From the NCBI GenBank assembly GCA_016191085.1, contig JACPPJ010000012.1, forward strand, positions 281-64,280: a stretch of DNA of 64,000 nt, in the 5' to 3' direction. Position 1 is the first letter of the stretch; the number at the start of each line of letters is the position of its first letter. Positions 18,883 to 27,889 of this stretch are shown piece after piece. The position numbers and the translations under genes were made by a program. This stretch comes from Acidobacteriota bacterium. GTDB taxonomy: Bacteria > Acidobacteriota > Terriglobia > 2-12-FULL-54-10. The notes below the pieces were generated by a model. It searched no databases. It was given only the letters and a program-made list of their open reading frames with translations, and was not told where the DNA came from.

Positions 18883-19802
18883 CGCGCGTCCTCCAGCCAG
18901 CCAATCATTCCGTAGCGAAGGAACTCGCCCGCGTTGGGAACGCGGAAGATCACGTCACGCGTGCGCGACTGGGGATCCACGACAGGCGCGACGACCTCAG
19001 GCTTGCCCATGAAAACCTTCCCCGGGAGGCTGTCGAAATGAATGCGCGCTTGTGCCTTGCCCTCCCACCGGCGGAATTCCGTCTCCGGGAAGCGTGCCTG
19101 AAAGCCTACTTCTTTGCGATTAGCGATGCGGAATAGCACCACGCCCTCATTGATGGTCTGCCCCTGTGTGAAGGTGACGAAACTGATGGTGCCGTCTATG
19201 GGAGAGAAGAGGCCTTTGCGGACCAACTCCGCGCCCTGAAGCTGCGAGTCCTGCTGATCGAGAAGCGTCTTGCGCTTCTTGTATTCCGCTTCCGCCATTG
19301 CTTCGGCCGCTTTGAGTTCCTGCACCTGCTGGCCGGAGGCAGTCCCGATGGCCATCAGGCGCTCCGCCTTCTCGCGCGCTATCTTCGCCTCCACAGCTGC
19401 CGTGCGGGCCTCCAGCATAACCGAGAGCAGGTCCCAGCGAATCGTGCCGAGGTGAGAGGAATCGTGCAAGTTGTAGCGGTGCTCAATAATCGCCAGCGCG
19501 TCACCCTTCTTGACTTGATCGCCTACAGAATACGGACGCTCACGCGGTGACAGTATGCGTCCCGTAGCGGGCGACTGCACCTCGGCGATTGTATCGGGCA
19601 AAGCAACGATCTTCCCGAGCACATTCGCGTGCCGGGCGACCTGCGGCTGGTCCGCTGCACGAAGAGGTAACAGAAGCAGCAGCGTAATGGTCGGTACGAT
19701 TCCGGATGCTAGCATTGCATACGCTTTAAGCCCCCAGCGGGCGACAGGAAAGCTTAATTGCCTGACCACTATCGCCCGTCCGAGATTCTGAATGATCTGC
19801 AC
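18879..19802 (-). CDS. Efflux RND periplasmic adaptor (HlyD/MFP family), second copy
   Basis: 307 aa with a lipoyl-like motif (VQSPATGRILS...VKKGDALAII), a coiled coil and a beta-barrel. Its stop overlaps the next adaptor's start in an ATGA arrangement. Confidence 0.8.
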   Translation of the reverse strand: MQIIQNLGRAIVVRQLSFPVARWGLKAYAMLASGIVPTITLLLLLPLRAADQPQVARHANVLGKIVALPDTIAEVQSPATGRILSPRERPYSVGDQVKKGDALAIIEHRYNLHDSSHLGTIRWDLLSVMLEARTAAVEAKIAREKAERLMAIGTASGQQVQELKAAEAMAEAEYKKRKTLLDQQDSQLQGAELVRKGLFSPIDGTISFVTFTQGQTINEGVVLFRIANRKEVGFQARFPETEFRRWEGKAQARIHFDSLPGKVFMGKPEVVAPVVDPQSRTRDVIFRVPNAGEFLRYGMIGWLEDAR

Positions 19803-20327
19803 TTACTTACCCTGCGCGGCGGCTAACAACAATAGCCCTCGGTGCACGGCATTCAATACTGCCTGCGCAGACTTGGCATCGCCGCTGAACTTGACGTCCT
19901 GACCGACCTTTAGCGGCGATTGGCTCGTCTTGCCAGCAACTTGATCGAGGAATGCCGGCTGGCCGAGCGCCTTGTCATCGCCATTTTCGACCACGACCAG
20001 CTTGTGCACGGACCCGTCGCGCTTGACACCCAGAGCCAAATCGATGCCGCCTTTGGTTCCCTTGGTGTCGAGCATTACTACGCTGCCGAGCGGGTCCTGG
20101 CCCTTCACTGCTACGTAGTACGTCAAAGGGTTGTCGTTGCGCTGGACCTTGCTGCCGGATTCCTGCTCGACTTTTTTGACCTGTTCGGGCGTGAGCGTCT
20201 TCTTCCGCGCCGTGAATCCGCTTGCATCCGGGAAGACTTTCTTCAAAGTCTCAGACGGAAAGCCGGACTCATGTGCCATCAACGGGAGAAGAGGTAAAAG
20301 GAGAATGAAAACAGCGAACCGGCTCAT
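19803..20327 (-). CDS. Periplasmic FMN_bind-like domain protein (flavinylation motif apparently degenerate)
   Basis: Signal peptide, then LGSVVMLDTKGTKGGIDLALGVKRDGSVHKLVVVENGDDKALGQPAFLDQVAGKT...VKFSGDAKSAQAVLNAV. This aligns with RnfG/NqrC-type FMN_bind domains, but SGDA replaces the SGAT site. Confidence 0.6.
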   Translation of the reverse strand: MSRFAVFILLLPLLPLMAHESGFPSETLKKVFPDASGFTARKKTLTPEQVKKVEQESGSKVQRNDNPLTYYVAVKGQDPLGSVVMLDTKGTKGGIDLALGVKRDGSVHKLVVVENGDDKALGQPAFLDQVAGKTSQSPLKVGQDVKFSGDAKSAQAVLNAVHRGLLLLAAAQGK

Positions 20328-20403
20328 ATACATCAATTATACCTCCGTCGAACCGCCTGCCTGCGCGAGGGATTACATGCAACCCTAAAAGACGTCAACC
20401 CGG

Positions 20404-21138
20404 CTATTTGGGTTGCGAACGGCGCTCCTGTTCGACAAGCAACTGCTGGTATTGCAGATGCGTGTTGAACACTTCCTGCTCCTGCCATAAAAGGCTGGCT
20501 AGTGGAATACCTCCGAACAGGTAGCTCTGGTACATTTTTCCCAACAACTCGTTCCCAAGGGGCAGCAGGTCCTTTTCGAACGCGGCTCGGCGGCTGGCGA
20601 TATCTGGGCCCGGCTCGGGCAGTGGGCCGGCGGTTGCTGCGTTCGGCTCGCTTTCCGGAGTGGCTGGCGCCGCTGGTGTGTCGAGTTGCGCCACCAGTGG
20701 CGATGTAGAGGGCCGCTTCAGCAAGACGTTGGCTTCCTCGACCGCTGAATTGCGTTCTGCTTCAAACCCTGCCACGCGCGCGGCAGCTTTGGCTTGAGAA
20801 AACCGGAGCAATTTGATATCCGAAGCAGGCGCGTTCTGCGCTTGTAACCGGGCCTGCGCCGCTTTATACCACCCCGATAGACGATCCAGGCTTTGGCGGG
20901 CCGCCGCCAGCTTTCCTTGGGCAACGAGCAGGCGGAAAAACACCTCTCCGGCGCGCTCGAGGTTTGCCTCCTGTTTCTCGGCAGCGGACTGCTCTTTTAC
21001 TAAGGCTCGAAATGAGGAAAGGTTGAGATCCGTTTTCTGATCCGCAGCCCGCGTCGGCATCGCTGCAGAGAGGGCAAGGAGCACATACAGTGACATGCAG
21101 ACGCTGCGCCACAGGCACAGCCGACTCCTAACTGGCAT
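20404..21138 (-). CDS. TolC/OEP-like protein, about half the normal length (helical hairpins only)
   Basis: ~244 aa from MPVRSRLCLW with a signal peptide. TolC-type helical segments are present (ARLQAQNAPASDIKLLRFSQAKAAARVAGFEAERNSAVEEANVLLKRP; YQSYLFGGIPLASLLWQEQEVFNTHLQY). I see no obvious beta-barrel strands. Confidence 0.55.
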   Translation of the reverse strand: MPVRSRLCLWRSVCMSLYVLLALSAAMPTRAADQKTDLNLSSFRALVKEQSAAEKQEANLERAGEVFFRLLVAQGKLAAARQSLDRLSGWYKAAQARLQAQNAPASDIKLLRFSQAKAAARVAGFEAERNSAVEEANVLLKRPSTSPLVAQLDTPAAPATPESEPNAATAGPLPEPGPDIASRRAAFEKDLLPLGNELLGKMYQSYLFGGIPLASLLWQEQEVFNTHLQYQQLLVEQERRSQPK

Positions 21139-21264
21139 ACAGAATCCCATGTTCAAAACCGCAACCCGATTGCCGCAAGTTATCACTTCGCCGCGATAAT
21201 GCGCTTTGTCCACTCGAAGATCAGTGACCCTCATCACCCGTGGTGCGCAACAACAGATTTGCAA

Positions 21265-21867
21265 TTAATGAGAGAAGAAGAAGCAAGCCACGGTTGGCTG
21301 AGTGCCGGGCGCAAGAACTTCCACTTGAGCGTCAAACGCTCGAATGTTGGTCAGCGGCTTGGACGCAATATCGGCGCCCTCGGCTGCGGCGCGCATGCCG
21401 ATGTTAGCAGGTCGGCCTGTTTCGCTGATCTTCAGGGTGATATAGCCGAGCAGACCCGCCGGAATGGGCTTGTTCGGCGGAGCTTGCGCCTGGATTTGAA
21501 GAGTCGAAGTCTCGACCCCCTTGTCATTCTTGGCGGTTTGCAGCTCGTTTTTCAGCTCTACGTCTCCCATCTCGGCGGCAATACCGCGGTCTACCTTGTC
21601 GAATTTTAAATTGGCGCTGACGAAGTTCACTTCGACCTTGAGCTGCCCGACCTGTGCTCCCTCGGCAGGCGTAAAGTAGATGGGGACCACAACAGAGGTT
21701 CCGGGCGTTCCGGAGCTGCTTCCCAACGTAACCCGCGTAGTAGTCTTGGTGTCAATGGGTTCCTTCTCCTGCGTCTTCTCTGCTTTCTCCTGCGCCACGC
21801 CAGTATTGCACACCAACACCGTCCAGAAAAAAGTCCATAGAAACCAAGTACCTGAAATCTTCTTCAT
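21265..21867 (-). CDS. Secreted cohesin-domain-like protein
   Basis: Signal peptide MKKISGTWFLWTFFWTVLVCNTGVAQ. The cohesin-like pattern is GTSVVVPIYFTPAEGAQVGQLKVEVNFVSANLKFDKV...GLLGYITLKISE. It ends in the unusual tail PTVACFFFSH. Confidence 0.6.
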   Translation of the reverse strand: MKKISGTWFLWTFFWTVLVCNTGVAQEKAEKTQEKEPIDTKTTTRVTLGSSSGTPGTSVVVPIYFTPAEGAQVGQLKVEVNFVSANLKFDKVDRGIAAEMGDVELKNELQTAKNDKGVETSTLQIQAQAPPNKPIPAGLLGYITLKISETGRPANIGMRAAAEGADIASKPLTNIRAFDAQVEVLAPGTQPTVACFFFSH

Positions 21868-22017
21868 CGGTTCTCCCATGCGGCCTCTTACACGCCAACA
21901 GCCCTGTTATGAACCATTCGAGCCTCGTCTTATTAACGGTTCCGCGAGACGACGGCAGACGTTTTTCGTGTGGCCGAAACGGCAGGTGAATTCGAAATAT
22001 CCTGGAAATATTTGCCG

Positions 22018-23013
22018 CTAGCTCAATTCTACGAAGTGCGGAATGCCGTTGAGCATCATTCGCACCGAGAGCGCCACAAACGCCAGCAGTACAAAGATGA
22101 AGTATGCCGGCTGTTGGCGGATTAACTGGAGTGTGTAGAAGCGGCCCTTTTCCGTTTTGTTGATCTCCCCTAGCGCTTCTTGGAGGTGGTGAGGCTCACG
22201 AACGTCGTAAAACTTTCCTCCGGTAGTGCTGACGTTGTCCGCGATCTGCTGCGATGCGCCTGGCTCAAGCGCGACTCCGATGAAGTAGACACGCGTGCCG
22301 TCCATGCGCGCTTTTTCAATCTCATTGATAGGGTCTCTGCCGAAGTTGTTGTCGCCGTCGCTGAAGAGCACGATTACTTGACCTTTCGAGCGGCGCCCGC
22401 GCTCGCGGTTGAACGCGAAGAAACGCTGTGCCATGAAGAGCCCCTCCCCGATCGCAGTGAACCCTTCGTTTACGAGCGTCTGCACGTTTACCAATTTGAG
22501 ATAATCCATTAGGCTCACATGGTCAAACGTCGCTGGAGAAACGAGATAAGAATTATTTGAAAACACCACTAATCCAATGGCGTCACCGGGCCGCTGCTTG
22601 ATGAATTCGAGAGCGCTGGCCTTCACGGCGTCCATTTTGCTGGGTGTCCTCGGAATGTTGGACGGCGACGCAAGGTTGGAAGTGGGAGCCGCCGGGTTCG
22701 CAGTTTTCCTGCCCAGCGATTCTTCCATGCTCTGCGAAAGATCCAGCACGATCATGATCTGTAAGCCGCCGCGCTCGATGCGGTTTAACACAAACGGGTA
22801 GACCGGCCCGAGCAGCGCGACCAGCAGGAATCCCACCGCAAGTCCTTCCAGCACCGTCGGCAGGCGCAGGATCGGGTTGGGCCCGCCCAGTTCGTCTCCC
22901 ACTTGCTCGACGAGCGAATGTGCCCAATAGTGACGGCGCCAGAACCGCACGATCACCAAAATAATGATGAGCGGTACCGCCACATACAGCCACTCTAGGT
23001 TTTGAAAGGTCAT
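22018..23013 (-). CDS. VWA-domain membrane protein (BatA-like)
   Basis: N-terminal TM segments followed by a VWA MIDAS pattern (IVLDLSQSM...GTAIGEGL...VLFSDGDNN). Confidence 0.8.
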   Translation of the reverse strand: MTFQNLEWLYVAVPLIIILVIVRFWRRHYWAHSLVEQVGDELGGPNPILRLPTVLEGLAVGFLLVALLGPVYPFVLNRIERGGLQIMIVLDLSQSMEESLGRKTANPAAPTSNLASPSNIPRTPSKMDAVKASALEFIKQRPGDAIGLVVFSNNSYLVSPATFDHVSLMDYLKLVNVQTLVNEGFTAIGEGLFMAQRFFAFNRERGRRSKGQVIVLFSDGDNNFGRDPINEIEKARMDGTRVYFIGVALEPGASQQIADNVSTTGGKFYDVREPHHLQEALGEINKTEKGRFYTLQLIRQQPAYFIFVLLAFVALSVRMMLNGIPHFVELS

Positions 23014-23040
23014 AATTACCTACCGTACAGGTTCAAATAC

Positions 23041-24177
23041 CTATGGCCTCGTATTCAAAATCTCCCTGACATCCTGAGCTACGTTGCGGGCGGACTCCGC
23101 CGAGTTGCCGTTCAGCGCGTTGGGTTGATAGCGCACCGATTCACAGGCGCTCAGCACCTTGACGACTCTTCTGGTAAAGTCGGGATTCGCGCCCAATCGC
23201 TGCATTTCGTCCTGCAGCTCCTCTGCGGTCAGTCCCAGCGTGGGCGTCTCCAAATAATAGCCGACATACTCCTTCACGTTCTGGTAGGAGCTGTTGAAGA
23301 ATTCCGCTGCGGTTCTGGAATCGGAAAACTCCGAAGGAACGCTGCTGGCCCAACGGGAGCGAACGGCCTCCATCGCTTTACGGCGGTCCGGACCTTTGCG
23401 CGTCTTGCGGCGCCGCACCAGCATGGCGACTTCCCATCCCACGCCGCCTAGCAGAATTACGGCGCAGATCGCGCCAGCTACAGGTAACGCCCACCGTGAA
23501 CGCGCCCAGGAACTAACGGATATAAAATCGCGTATATCCTGTGCCTGCGGAGGCAGCGTACTGCGTAGGCCAATAACCGTTCCTGAAATGGTCAAGCTTT
23601 CAGCGGCTGCCTGATCGGCGGTACTTGTCTTGCGATCTTTGCGGAAATAATACAGCGTGAACTGCGGGACCTGGAGACTTGCCTGCCCAGTGCCGAAATT
23701 GGCGAGCGTCAGCACCACGTCGAGCCGTTTATTGTTGTTCTTCATGGTCGTCACGTTCTTGGCGACGTCCATTACCTGGAACGGATCCATGTTAATGGTT
23801 TCTTTTGTCAGGTTGTCGAGCACAAATTCGTAGTCTGGCGTGTAATCCACCTGGATCATATAGCGAAACTGATCGCCTACCCAAACGGCGGTGTGATCCA
23901 GCCGCGTAGTGAACGTCATGCCCGCCGGAGGGGGAACCACATCGGCCTTCTTTTGCTGAGCGGGTTGCCTCTTTCGAAGCGACGTCTCGCTCATGCCGGC
24001 TTCATCGTGCTCTTGCGCTGCAGCGCGCCGGTTGGCGACGATGAGAGCTATGCACAGGATCGCTGCGAAGGCGAGAGCGCGAGCGAAGCCTCTGCGCGAG
24101 ACTCTAGGCCGGCCCTGCTTCATCCAGCTACGCAGCGCCCGAAAACCTGTGAACCAGAATCGAACCATCCCGCTCAT
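23041..24177 (-). CDS. BatD-like membrane protein
   Basis: Signal/TM segment, a beta-rich ectodomain (HTAVWVGDQFRYMIQVDYTPDYEF...LQVPQFTLYYF), a late TM helix and a cytoplasmic tail. Its ATG overlaps the DUF58 stop (ATGA). It sits within a MoxR/VWA operon. Confidence 0.6.
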   Translation of the reverse strand: MSGMVRFWFTGFRALRSWMKQGRPRVSRRGFARALAFAAILCIALIVANRRAAAQEHDEAGMSETSLRKRQPAQQKKADVVPPPAGMTFTTRLDHTAVWVGDQFRYMIQVDYTPDYEFVLDNLTKETINMDPFQVMDVAKNVTTMKNNNKRLDVVLTLANFGTGQASLQVPQFTLYYFRKDRKTSTADQAAAESLTISGTVIGLRSTLPPQAQDIRDFISVSSWARSRWALPVAGAICAVILLGGVGWEVAMLVRRRKTRKGPDRRKAMEAVRSRWASSVPSEFSDSRTAAEFFNSSYQNVKEYVGYYLETPTLGLTAEELQDEMQRLGANPDFTRRVVKVLSACESVRYQPNALNGNSAESARNVAQDVREILNTRP

Positions 24178-25064
24178 ACTTTCCTCCGCGTTTTGAATAG
24201 CGTCATTAAGGGGTCCATGAAGGGTTCCCCGACGTCCAGGAACAGGCATTGCATGCCCAGTGAATAAAAGAAACTGCGCAAATCGGTCTTGCGTTTTTCC
24301 ACCAGCGCCTCATACAGGTGACGCTGCGACGAGGAGAGGCTCAGTAGCATCTCCTGCCGGCTCTCCGCCGAACGGAACCGCAGCAATCCGCGCCCCGTGG
24401 GAAGGTTCTTTTCCAACTCATCTCCGAAGATAATCGGCACCACGTCATGCTTCTGCGCCAGAACCTTCAGATCGGGAAGATCCGCGAACTGTACGGCGTC
24501 CGGGTCAAGAATAAAGTCGGAGAGCAAGAAGATGATCGCCATTTTGCGGAGCTGACTCCGCAAGAACCGCAAGCCGCGCTCCCAGTTGGTTCCGGTATGC
24601 TGCGGCTTGAGGTTGTAAAGCGTCTCGAGTGCCCGCCACACGTGGCCTCGGCCTTGGCGCGCCGGCTCATAGGCCTCGACCTGATCGCTAAACGCCAGTA
24701 TGCCGAAATTGCAGTTGTCGCTCACTGCTGAAAATCCTAGAGTTGCGGCCACTTGCAACACACGCAGACGCTTGGAAAATCTGGCGGTGGAGAACTGCAT
24801 CGAGCGCGAAACGTCTAACACCAGGAATACGGTGACTTCTTTCTCCTCGAAGTGACGCTTCAGGTAAATCTCCTGCATGCGCGCGGAGACGTTCCAGTCA
24901 ATGCGCCGGAAATCTTCGCCGACCTGATACTTGCGATGGCTCTCAAACTCGTAGCCCGATCCTTTGTTCGGGCTACGACTTTGGCCGAAGCGTAGGCTGC
25001 GAATGCGGCGCGACGCGGCGATCTCTATGTAGTGAAGTTCTTCTGCCAGTTCTGGCGCCAGCAT
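24174..25064 (-). CDS. DUF58-domain protein
   Basis: GYEFESHRKYQVGEDFRRIDWNVSARMQEIYLKRHFEEKEVTVFLVLDVSRSM is the canonical DUF58 pattern. It lies directly downstream of MoxR. Confidence 0.85.
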   Translation of the reverse strand: MLAPELAEELHYIEIAASRRIRSLRFGQSRSPNKGSGYEFESHRKYQVGEDFRRIDWNVSARMQEIYLKRHFEEKEVTVFLVLDVSRSMQFSTARFSKRLRVLQVAATLGFSAVSDNCNFGILAFSDQVEAYEPARQGRGHVWRALETLYNLKPQHTGTNWERGLRFLRSQLRKMAIIFLLSDFILDPDAVQFADLPDLKVLAQKHDVVPIIFGDELEKNLPTGRGLLRFRSAESRQEMLLSLSSSQRHLYEALVEKRKTDLRSFFYSLGMQCLFLDVGEPFMDPLMTLFKTRRKV

Positions 25065-25072
25065 GAAAATCC

Positions 25073-26092
25073 TTATGGGATCGGAGTGTGCCGCAAAACT
25101 TCCGCCACGATCTCATCGGTTGCGACGTTTTCCACTTCGGCCCTAATGGTGCGCACCAAGCGGTGATGCAAGCAATCCGTTGCGATGAACTTTACGTCCG
25201 AAGGCAGCACGTAATCGCGCCCGCGGAAGAAAGCCGTGGTGCGCGACATGGCCAGCAAGTGCTGGTACGAGCGCGGTGAAGCGCCGTGCTGCACCATCTC
25301 CTTCACGATCGGCAAAGCGTCGGCGCGGGTGTTACGGGTCGCCTGTCCGAGGGCCACGATATACCGGCGCACCTTGTCATCTACATATACCTGCCCCACC
25401 AACTGGCGGATCCAAAGCACCGCGCCCGGGTCAGCGACGGTTTCGAGTTGCGTCTTTTCCAAGCGGGCCAGGAGCATCTGGAACTCGCTTTCGGGCGATG
25501 GATAATTGACGCGGACCATCATACAGAAGCGATCGAGCTGCGCTTCGGGTAGCGAAAAGACGCCTTCCTGCTCCACGGGGTTCTGCGTCGCGAGAACCCA
25601 GAACGGATCTTCCAGCGGATAGGTGCTCTCGCCGATGGTCACTTGGCGCTCCTGCATGGCTTCGAGCAACGCGCTCTGTGTCTTCTGCGGAGCGCGGTTG
25701 ATTTCGTCCGCCAGGACTATGTTGGCGAAGATGGGACCTTTCTCGGTTCTGAACTCACCCGTCTTGCTGTCGAAAATCCTGGTTCCCAAAATGTCGGCGG
25801 GCAGCATGTCGGGAGTGAACTGAATGCGCTGAAAGCGAGCGCTGATCGTATTTGAGATGGCGGAGACGAGCAGCGTCTTCGCCAGCCCCGGCACGCCCTC
25901 CAGCAGAATGTGTCCCGAGCCGGCCTTCTCTTCTTCACCCCGCTTGAAGGAGTAAGGGATGCGACCAAACAGGCCGATTAGGATGCGACGGATGAGATCG
26001 TCCTGCCCGACAATGACCTTGCGGATCTGCTCCTCAATGGAATTGATAAGCTCCCAAGCCTGCTCCTTAGTCTCCAGTTGTTGTACCTGCAA
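25073..26092 (-). CDS. MoxR-family AAA+ ATPase
   Basis: Walker A region HILLEGVPGLAKT, Walker B VLADEINRA, and an AAA_3 pattern throughout. Confidence 0.9.
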   Translation of the reverse strand: MQVQQLETKEQAWELINSIEEQIRKVIVGQDDLIRRILIGLFGRIPYSFKRGEEEKAGSGHILLEGVPGLAKTLLVSAISNTISARFQRIQFTPDMLPADILGTRIFDSKTGEFRTEKGPIFANIVLADEINRAPQKTQSALLEAMQERQVTIGESTYPLEDPFWVLATQNPVEQEGVFSLPEAQLDRFCMMVRVNYPSPESEFQMLLARLEKTQLETVADPGAVLWIRQLVGQVYVDDKVRRYIVALGQATRNTRADALPIVKEMVQHGASPRSYQHLLAMSRTTAFFRGRDYVLPSDVKFIATDCLHHRLVRTIRAEVENVATDEIVAEVLRHTPIP

Positions 26093-26120
26093 AGCGTTCC
26101 TCCCTCAGACGCGCGCCGCC

Positions 26121-27137
26121 TTATAAAAAGATGCCCAGAACCAGGCATGTAAAGGCGGCTGCCAGAAAATAAAAATACAAATCTTTGCGAATCGGGTTGG
26201 ACTGAAAGCCGGCAACGGGGCGGCCGGTAAACAGAATTTCTTCGAGTGCTTGATCTACCTGTTTGTTGCTCTCGCCGCGGAAGAATCGCGCGTTGGTTTT
26301 TTCGGCGATGTCCCGCATGGTGCGCATCTCGGCGTGACTGACCAGTCTGGCGCCCCCTTCGCGCTGCAGATATTTCACCACCTGGCCGTTCAAGCCACCC
26401 ATCATCACCAGTGGCACATAGGCTCCGTTCGAGGTACCCAGACCGAACGTATAGATCTTGATTCCTGCTCTCATGACATCAGCCAGCGGCTTTTCCAACT
26501 GGCCGGCAGTGTCGTCGCCGTCGGAGAGCAGCACAAAAACACGGCGCCTGCCGCGGGCACGTTCGGGGTCCATCTTATCTTCGGTATTCACCAACCGGAG
26601 CGCATTGGTCAGCGCCGAACCCATATTGGTTCCCGCCTCCGGCTCGTCCTGCGAATTCAGGTAATCGAAATAGAGCAAGATGCTCTGGGGATCACTTGTC
26701 AGATACGAGAGCACCACACTAGTCCAGTTGAAAACTACGAGCGCGTAGCGGTCCTGCGGCTGCTTGAGAAGAATAAACTGCTGGATAATGCGCTGGGCGC
26801 GGCCGAGGCGGTTGGGGTCCATGTCGCGTCCGTACATGGACGGCGAGATGTCCATCAGAAATACGATATCGGTTGGTGTGGGGACGGGACGAAGTTCACG
26901 GGAGACCATTCGAGGATACGCCAGCCCCAGGGCCATCAGAATCAGAGCTGCTACGAACAACACCCCCCGCACCCATGTGCGGCCGACCCAGGAGATTCGT
27001 GAGATCGCCTCCAGATTCTCAATGTTGCCGAACCGGGAACGCATGCGGTACTGATGCCATACTCCGATCCCCCACAGCACAGTCAAAAAGGGAACGGCGA
27101 GCAATAGCCAGAAATATTCTTGTCGTGCAAACTCCAT
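26121..27137 (-). CDS. VWA-domain membrane protein (BatA/BatB-like)
   Basis: MEFARQEYFWLLLAVPFL N-terminus with TM segments, then VWA MIDAS motifs (IVFLMDISPSM...GTNMGSAL...VLLSDGDD). Confidence 0.8.
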   Translation of the reverse strand: MEFARQEYFWLLLAVPFLTVLWGIGVWHQYRMRSRFGNIENLEAISRISWVGRTWVRGVLFVAALILMALGLAYPRMVSRELRPVPTPTDIVFLMDISPSMYGRDMDPNRLGRAQRIIQQFILLKQPQDRYALVVFNWTSVVLSYLTSDPQSILLYFDYLNSQDEPEAGTNMGSALTNALRLVNTEDKMDPERARGRRRVFVLLSDGDDTAGQLEKPLADVMRAGIKIYTFGLGTSNGAYVPLVMMGGLNGQVVKYLQREGGARLVSHAEMRTMRDIAEKTNARFFRGESNKQVDQALEEILFTGRPVAGFQSNPIRKDLYFYFLAAAFTCLVLGIFL

Positions 27138-27253
27138 CTGATTCTTGGCGGGGAATCCTGCGGAAGGCCAAATCACTTCCGGATATAGTCCGGATACTGT
27201 CCCAGCCCTTCAGGAGTGAAAAGAAGCTTGCTTCCCCTGTGCCGCTTCTCCCG

Positions 27254-27889
27254 TTACATTTGTTGATCAGCCGAAAGGGCCTTTGGCTGCATCTCTTTGA
27301 CGCGCACGTTCTCCATCAGGATTTTGATCTTTCCTTGCTCATCCTGGTTCATCAAGTTCCGGATGTAATTTACAAATTCAAAATTGTACTTGGTGTCCCA
27401 GTTGTCCGGCGCCAGTCGCAGGGAATCGCGAAGATTCTCCTCGGCGGCGCGCAACGCCTCTTCCAGTACCCGCGCATCCTTCTTTGGGGATTCGCGGTAA
27501 TTCTTAACTGCTTTGCGGAAAGCGATCTCGCCGCGGAGCAGCAGAAAGCGTCCGTCGCTGGTATTTCCGGAGATCTCGTTCTCCCGCTCCATCCGCTCCA
27601 TGGCTTCATCGTACTTCCCCTGTTCGTAGAGCAGACGCGCCTGATTGAGAATCAAATCGCGCCTGTCGCCCGCCGGAATCACACGAATCGCTCCCAGCGT
27701 CCGGACCCGCTTCTCGACGCTTTCATATTTCTTCAGCGCACCCACGTTATCGCCCCGGGAGTATTCACTCGCGGCCGCATCCATCTCCCGCAGCAACGAT
27801 CCATAGGCCAGCCCGATGACGGCCACGATCAGCAGCACGATCCCGGCGACTATCTTTGCGATCTGTTTCCCGTAGTTTTTTCGAGCCAT
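27254..27889 (-). CDS. Membrane-anchored TPR-like protein (BatC-like)
   Basis: N-terminal TM segment (IVAGIVLLIVAVIGLAY) followed by TPR-like helices (LLYEQGKYDEAMERMERE...). It is the first gene of the MoxR/VWA cluster. Confidence 0.65.
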   Translation of the reverse strand: MARKNYGKQIAKIVAGIVLLIVAVIGLAYGSLLREMDAAASEYSRGDNVGALKKYESVEKRVRTLGAIRVIPAGDRRDLILNQARLLYEQGKYDEAMERMERENEISGNTSDGRFLLLRGEIAFRKAVKNYRESPKKDARVLEEALRAAEENLRDSLRLAPDNWDTKYNFEFVNYIRNLMNQDEQGKIKILMENVRVKEMQPKALSADQQM

